Below the pieces are notes generated by a model. It was not told the origin of the DNA, ran no database searches, and saw only the letters and a program-made list of their open reading frames with translations. From Verrucomicrobiales bacterium (GTDB lineage: Bacteria; Verrucomicrobiota; Verrucomicrobiia; Verrucomicrobiales; SLCJ01): a stretch of DNA of 64,000 bases. Shown piece after piece: positions 58,907 to 64,000 of this stretch. The position numbers and the translations under genes were made by a program. The DNA lies in contig JBJTQJ010000119.1 of NCBI GenBank assembly GCA_046075565.1, forward strand, positions 41,377 to 105,376, written 5' to 3'. Position 1 is the first letter of the stretch, and every line of letters starts with the position of its first letter.

Positions 58907-60811
58907 TCACCACCCGTCACCGTCGATGAAGACCTGGTGCCAGAGTTCGAGGATGACGAGGCTCATGACTTGCTTGAGGGTGACAAACTCGCGGGTCTTC
59001 ATGCGTTCGAGCAGATCCTTGATGTATTCAGGGCGGAAGTAACCGCGTTTGCGCACCTGCGATTCGTTGAGCGTGCGCTCGATGAGCCCGGCGATCTGCG
59101 GGTGCTCGAAGAAGAACTCCATGGGGAAGAAGAAAGGATTCTTCGGGCGGTTGAAGACGGCCGGCGGCAGCAGTTTGGCCGCGATCTGGCGTTCGAGCCA
59201 TTTGTCTTTGCCCTGCCGGATCTTTTGGTTCGGGTGGAGGGTGAATCCGAGTTCGATGAGGTTGTGATCGAGGAAGGGTAAACGGATTTCGAGGCTGTGG
59301 GCCATGGTGTTCTTGTCCTGCCGGATGATCGCCCAGTCCTGCAGCCATTCGTCCCACTGCAGTTTGAGCATACGGTCGAGGAAGTGTCCCCCATTGTCGC
59401 GAACTTGCGGGATCCATGCCTCGGTGGCGCGGGCTTGGTATTCATCGGTGTAGAGGGCGCGGCGCGCATCGATGCCCCACAGGGTCTTGAGGGCGGCGTA
59501 GTTCTGGAAGAGCGTGCGGTCGCGGTATTTGCCCATGAATTCGACGAGCCGGGCTTTGCCCTCTTTGCCCAGATCAGCGGGGAAGTTGAAAAAGGCATTC
59601 AGCACCTTGTCGGGCGTGAGTTTGAGTGCGGGCATGGCGATCCCGTGGTGGAGGAAGCCGGGAACGGTGCGGCTGTATTTTTCCACGAGCTGCGTGACTT
59701 TGTGGAACGAATACCCGGCGAAGATCTCGTCGGCCCCTTCGCCACCGACCACGACCTTGAGGTCCTGCGAGGTCCGCTCGGCGAGTTTGAAGAAGGCGAT
59801 GATGAGGGCGTCGCCAACCGGGCGATCCATCTGGTAGATCACCTTGGGCAGGAGATCGAAGTCCTCGGGCGAGCAGTGGATGGTGTGGTGGTTGGTGCCG
59901 AGGAACTTCGCGGTTTCGGCGGCATCGCGGGTTTCATCGATCGGCGAATTGAAACCGATGGAAAAGGTATTCACGCGGTCGTTGAATTCCCGCATCAGCG
60001 CGACGAGCAAGGATGAATCGATCCCGGCGCTCAGGTAAGCTCCGACGGGCACGTCGGAACGCATGACCAGCTTCACCGCCTGGCGCAGGGCGGCTTCGAC
60101 CATTTCCAATGCCTCGCCGTCGGATGGATAGTTGGTATCCTCCTTGAGGGTGATGTCCCAATAACGATCAATCACCACCGAGCCATCGGCCTTGCGCAAC
60201 ATGCGATGGGCGGCGGGCAGGGTGTAGATGTCCTGGAACATCGTCTGGGGTTCCGGGACGACACGCAGGGCAAGAAAGGGATCGATGGCCGCGAGATTGC
60301 AGGCGCGCGGCACGTGACGGCATTCGAGCAGGGCCTTGACCTCGGAGGCGAAAACGAATTTCCCAAGTTGGTCTTTCCAATAGTAGAAGGGTTTCTGTCC
60401 GCAACGGTCGCGGGCGAAGAAGGTGTCGCCGTTACGGCGGTCGTGCACGGAGAAGGCGAACATCCCGTTGAAGCGTTTCACGCAATCGACGCCCCATTCT
60501 TCGTATCCGTGCACGATACATTCGGTGTCGGATTTCGTCTTGAAGACGTGGCCTTTGGCGAGTAGTTCCTCGCGCAGTTCGATGTAGTTGTAGATTTCCC
60601 CGTTGAAGACGACAGCGATGGATTGGTCCTCGTTATAGACCGGTTGCCATCCGCCATTGAGATCGATGATAGCGAGGCGCTGCATGCCCATGGAAATGTG
60701 CGGGGCGGTATAGACACCGGTGCCGTCGGGTCCGCGGTGGACGATGCGCCGGGCCATCCGGTCGAGGAGGGTTTCATCGGAAAAGCCGCAAAAGCCGTAG
60801 ATGCCGCACAT
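58907..60811 (-). CDS. asnB: asparagine synthase (glutamine-hydrolysing) family amidotransferase
   Basis: MCGI N-terminal Cys, HRGPD, RLAIIDL, NGEIYN, LSAGIDSS, GEGADEIFAGY, MAHSLE.R.PFLD. Confidence 0.9.
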   Translation of the reverse strand: MCGIYGFCGFSDETLLDRMARRIVHRGPDGTGVYTAPHISMGMQRLAIIDLNGGWQPVYNEDQSIAVVFNGEIYNYIELREELLAKGHVFKTKSDTECIVHGYEEWGVDCVKRFNGMFAFSVHDRRNGDTFFARDRCGQKPFYYWKDQLGKFVFASEVKALLECRHVPRACNLAAIDPFLALRVVPEPQTMFQDIYTLPAAHRMLRKADGSVVIDRYWDITLKEDTNYPSDGEALEMVEAALRQAVKLVMRSDVPVGAYLSAGIDSSLLVALMREFNDRVNTFSIGFNSPIDETRDAAETAKFLGTNHHTIHCSPEDFDLLPKVIYQMDRPVGDALIIAFFKLAERTSQDLKVVVGGEGADEIFAGYSFHKVTQLVEKYSRTVPGFLHHGIAMPALKLTPDKVLNAFFNFPADLGKEGKARLVEFMGKYRDRTLFQNYAALKTLWGIDARRALYTDEYQARATEAWIPQVRDNGGHFLDRMLKLQWDEWLQDWAIIRQDKNTMAHSLEIRLPFLDHNLIELGFTLHPNQKIRQGKDKWLERQIAAKLLPPAVFNRPKNPFFFPMEFFFEHPQIAGLIERTLNESQVRKRGYFRPEYIKDLLERMKTREFVTLKQVMSLVILELWHQVFIDGDGW

Positions 60812-60970
60812 GGAGCTTGGAAAAGTGGGTGGGAAAGGTTCTGGTAGGCCAACTAGAGCATGTCCCGGGCCGTCCGGCAGGGGAATTTCCGCCCTCGTCC
60901 CGCCGATTCTTGCCCGGGAAGTCGAAATCCCCATGGATGAAAGGTAAAATCCGTGCGTATTTTATAGGCC

Positions 60971-62962
60971 ATGTTCCGAACGACCCTGATCCTCCTGCTG
61001 GTCAGCGCCCTGCCCGCCGTGGCGGCGGAGTCGCCGGCCGATGCGGTGGCGGCCTTCCTGAAGTCCCTTGAGGCGGGCAAAACGACGCCGGCGGACAACG
61101 ACACCGTGGCCTTGAGCCCGTTCGCCCCGGAGGAAAAGAAAGCGAAATTCGAAGAGGGTCTGACCGAGTTGGCCGAGCAAGTCAAAGGGGCCACCCCGAC
61201 GATCGAGCCGGTGGCGGAACCCAAGGGTGCGTTCGCTGGCTTCCGGTTGATCCTGAGGCAGAAGCAAAACCCGCTCCAAGTGGTGGTGCGGGCGATCTGT
61301 GTGATTCGCACGGAGGGGGGGTGGAAGGTTGCGGCCGGGGTGAGCAATTTCGACAACACCAATTTCGGCTTCGAGGAAAATCTGGAAGAATGGTCCGGTC
61401 AGGTGGCGGAAGCCGCGCGTCGCGAAGCGGAGGAGACCGGGCGCCGTCTGCTCGCCGAAGGCGCGGCATCGCTTTGGAAAGACATCCGCGCTCTCCGGGA
61501 GAAATGGCCCAAAGAGGAATCCGCGGAGGATCTAGTGAAACGCTTTCTGAAATATGACCGAACCGATGACGCGGTCGGGAAGCTGGCTTGTTTCCATATC
61601 ACACCCGACCTTTCAGCCGCGAGTCTGGAGCAATTTCTCACATTGCTCTCGGGGAAGATTTACGATCTCCATGATGCAGAAGAAAACGCTGAGGCAAAGA
61701 ATCATGGCAATGCCAACGCAATAATCCCCCAGATTTCCTTGCTCTTGGGCGGTCACGAAGACGACGGTAAACTTTGCCGGGTGATGGGATTCATGAACCC
61801 GCGGGATCCTTCGGATTATTATGTCCAGGCATTCTATCTGCGGAAGGGAGAAGGAGCGCGATGGCTGCTCATCCCCGATGGCTACGAGGTGGAAGGACTG
61901 CGTTCGCCGGATTCGGATCTCGTTAATTGGTTTGAGGAAAACGAAACGGATCTCGGCAAACAGTTTGTCATCAAACTCGCCGAGCAGGGCAGGAAAGAAG
62001 CTCCGCCATCAATCAAGAGAGAAGATGGCGCGGCCATGACGGAGCGTTATCTCAATGTCATGGCCAATCGCAAAATCACCGAGGCCTTCTCCTTCCTGGA
62101 TTTTCCGGAGCAAAATGTGGTGGATGATTTTGACGGCTTGATGGAAGCCCTGTCGAAGGAATGCACGCGCCTTGCTCCCACGGAAGCCACCGTGCCGGTG
62201 ATCCTGCCGATGCGCTGGAAAGAAGTCGGGGATTTTGGAGGAACCGTGCACGCCATTTTCCAACCGGAGTCCACGCGGCCTTTCCTGCTGCATATCCAGC
62301 TTTCGCGCTGGACCAAAGACGGCTGGCGGGTTCTTCCTCCACCCTGGGATGATGGGCCGGAAAGCCTGATCCACCAACCCGACGCCCGCAAATTGCAGAC
62401 CGAACTCGAAGTCGGATGGGAAGAGATGAAAACGGGGGCCATCCAACGCCTCTTCGGAGAAACCCGGGGTAAGGCCGCCAACAACGCGGAGCCGGAGAAG
62501 GTCGTGCGGGAATTGATAGCCACCGCCTTTGCCGATGCCGTCGCGAACCGGCAGAAGGAATATCTCGCGGCATGGAAACCGCTCAAGGACGGGCAGATCA
62601 ATAATGTGTCGGCGCTGGAAATGGCGACCCGGTTGGGCAAAGAGCTGCGCGGCGCCGGCAAGGTTCCCGAGACGGAACTGATGCTGCGCGGGGATCTCGT
62701 CGGCATCCTCATCCCCGTCAATCAGGCCAAACGTGAGGACGGGCAAAAACCGGCACGCATGATCATCGCCCGCCGTGAGGATGATCTCTGGACGCTGGTT
62801 CCCGGATTGGAGTTCTTCCGGCCGATCAACCGCGGCTTCAAAGAACTCAACCAGAAGGCGCTTGCCGCCACCAGCACGGCTTTCGACGAGGCCGGAAATA
62901 GCGACTTGAAGGAACTCCTCTCCTGGCTGGAACAAGCTCCGCAGGAAAACAAACCCGAATGA
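60971..62962 (+). CDS. secreted hypothetical protein with about four tandem NTF2-like repeats
   Basis: Signal peptide; units start with '.P...V..FL..L'-like helices and end GGWKV / ARWLL / DGWRV / DLWTL; ATGA overlap with MoxR. Confidence 0.7.
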   Translation: MFRTTLILLLVSALPAVAAESPADAVAAFLKSLEAGKTTPADNDTVALSPFAPEEKKAKFEEGLTELAEQVKGATPTIEPVAEPKGAFAGFRLILRQKQNPLQVVVRAICVIRTEGGWKVAAGVSNFDNTNFGFEENLEEWSGQVAEAARREAEETGRRLLAEGAASLWKDIRALREKWPKEESAEDLVKRFLKYDRTDDAVGKLACFHITPDLSAASLEQFLTLLSGKIYDLHDAEENAEAKNHGNANAIIPQISLLLGGHEDDGKLCRVMGFMNPRDPSDYYVQAFYLRKGEGARWLLIPDGYEVEGLRSPDSDLVNWFEENETDLGKQFVIKLAEQGRKEAPPSIKREDGAAMTERYLNVMANRKITEAFSFLDFPEQNVVDDFDGLMEALSKECTRLAPTEATVPVILPMRWKEVGDFGGTVHAIFQPESTRPFLLHIQLSRWTKDGWRVLPPPWDDGPESLIHQPDARKLQTELEVGWEEMKTGAIQRLFGETRGKAANNAEPEKVVRELIATAFADAVANRQKEYLAAWKPLKDGQINNVSALEMATRLGKELRGAGKVPETELMLRGDLVGILIPVNQAKREDGQKPARMIIARREDDLWTLVPGLEFFRPINRGFKELNQKALAATSTAFDEAGNSDLKELLSWLEQAPQENKPE

Positions 62963-63915
62963 TGCGCCAGACCGCCGTTCTTCCTCCTGTCGCGCGCCTG
63001 CAGGCGCTCGCCGAAAATCTTTCTTCCGTCATCCATGGCCAGGAAAGCGCGATTCGCCATATCATCGCCTCGTTTCTGGCGGGTGGTCATGTTTTGTTAG
63101 AAGACAATCCCGGCACCGGAAAAACCACCCTCGCGAAAGCGCTCGCGAAATCGGTTGATGGGCTCGCCTTCCGCCGCATCCAGTTCTCGCCCGATCTTTT
63201 GCCCGCCGACATCCTCGGGGTCTCGATTTTTCATCCCGACCGTCGCGCCTTTGAGTTCCAACCCGGCCCGATTTTCAGTGATGTGCTTCTGGCCGACGAG
63301 ATCAACCGCGCCTCGCCGCGCACGCAAAGCGCGCTGCTTGAAGCCATGGCCGAAGGCCAGGCCACCATCGAGGGCACGCGCCATGATCTCGGCGAATTTT
63401 TCTTCGTGATCGCCACGCAGAATCCCGTGGAATTCCGCGGCACCTATCCATTGCCGGAAGCCCAGATGGATCGCTTCGGAATCCAGACCGCCCTCGGCTA
63501 TGTGTCGCCGGAGGATGAGTTGAATATCCTCGCTACCCGCCGCAGTGGCGATCCGTTGCAAAATCTCCAGCCCTGCCTCAGTCCCGCCGACCTGCGTGCG
63601 TTGCGCCGGGCCAGCCGGGACGTCCATGTCTCCACCGACATTCAGAAATACATCGTCGCCCTGGTGGGGGCAACCAGACGGGTGATTGGGGTGCAATTGG
63701 CCGCCAGTCCCCGTGCTTCGTTATCGTTGATGCAAACGTCCGCCGCCCTCGCGCTGATTGATGGCGCGGATTTTGTTTGCCCGGACCACGTGCGCGAACT
63801 TGCCGTGCCCGTGCTCGCCCACCGACTCGTGCTCGATCCCGATGCCGCCTTCGCCGGCCTCACCCGTAAATCCGTCGTCGAGGAGATCATACGCACGATT
63901 CCGGTGCCGGGTTGA
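62959..63915 (+). CDS. MoxR family AAA+ ATPase
   Basis: GGHVLLED.PGTGKT, RIQF.PDLLPADI, LLADEINRA.PRTQSALLEAM, TQNP.E..GTYPLPEAQ.DRF. Confidence 0.95.
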   Translation: MMRQTAVLPPVARLQALAENLSSVIHGQESAIRHIIASFLAGGHVLLEDNPGTGKTTLAKALAKSVDGLAFRRIQFSPDLLPADILGVSIFHPDRRAFEFQPGPIFSDVLLADEINRASPRTQSALLEAMAEGQATIEGTRHDLGEFFFVIATQNPVEFRGTYPLPEAQMDRFGIQTALGYVSPEDELNILATRRSGDPLQNLQPCLSPADLRALRRASRDVHVSTDIQKYIVALVGATRRVIGVQLAASPRASLSLMQTSAALALIDGADFVCPDHVRELAVPVLAHRLVLDPDAAFAGLTRKSVVEEIIRTIPVPG

Positions 63916-64000
63916 GTTTCTCGAATAATGCCCTAAGGAGATCGCCCCGCTGGGATCGCCGACGTCCTCGTCGGCACAGCCACGGAGATGCCGACGAGGA

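Noticed and set aside
58907..60970. Lasso peptide cyclase cluster
   Set aside because: AsnB retains a full N-terminal glutaminase domain (MCGI); no B protein, RRE or precursor ORF nearby
63912..64000. Start of a DUF58-type gene after MoxR
   Set aside because: Only about 29 codons are visible with no diagnostic motif, so it is not called as a feature

Overview
GC-rich bacterial chromosomal segment, most consistent with Verrucomicrobiota. This is inferred from the many secreted CAZymes, a sulfatase, a DUF1080 protein, a C-terminal 'F[YF]R'-type surface-protein motif and PVC-type REP hairpins. The window mixes housekeeping genes (3' end of ispG, menH- and menF-like, bioB, argJ/argC, trpE/trpG, tatC, ndk, prepilin peptidase, CCA/poly(A)-type nucleotidyltransferase, cyoE, asnB-like, MoxR) with glycan-degradation genes (GH106, GH78, GH120-like, GH116, sulfatase, a BNR_4 multidomain protein, an unassigned GH-like protein). 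It also holds a TonB receptor-TonB-ExbB-ExbD operon behind a Fur-like palindrome. No rRNA, tRNA, CRISPR array, prophage or transposase was seen. Notable points: (i) an exported Gfo/Idh/MocA + TIM-barrel + DUF1080 set beside two rhamnosidases, a candidate 3-keto oxidation/elimination glycoside-cleavage system; (ii) several families of REP-like hairpins with compensatory stem changes, nesting, a shared loop insert and orphan IS4-like ends; (iii) two disrupted genes; (iv) a secreted stand-alone Lon protease domain, a TatC with a large insertion, and a four-repeat exported protein coupled to MoxR; (v) apparent leaderless gene starts. All calls come from reading motifs by eye; no database searches were run.
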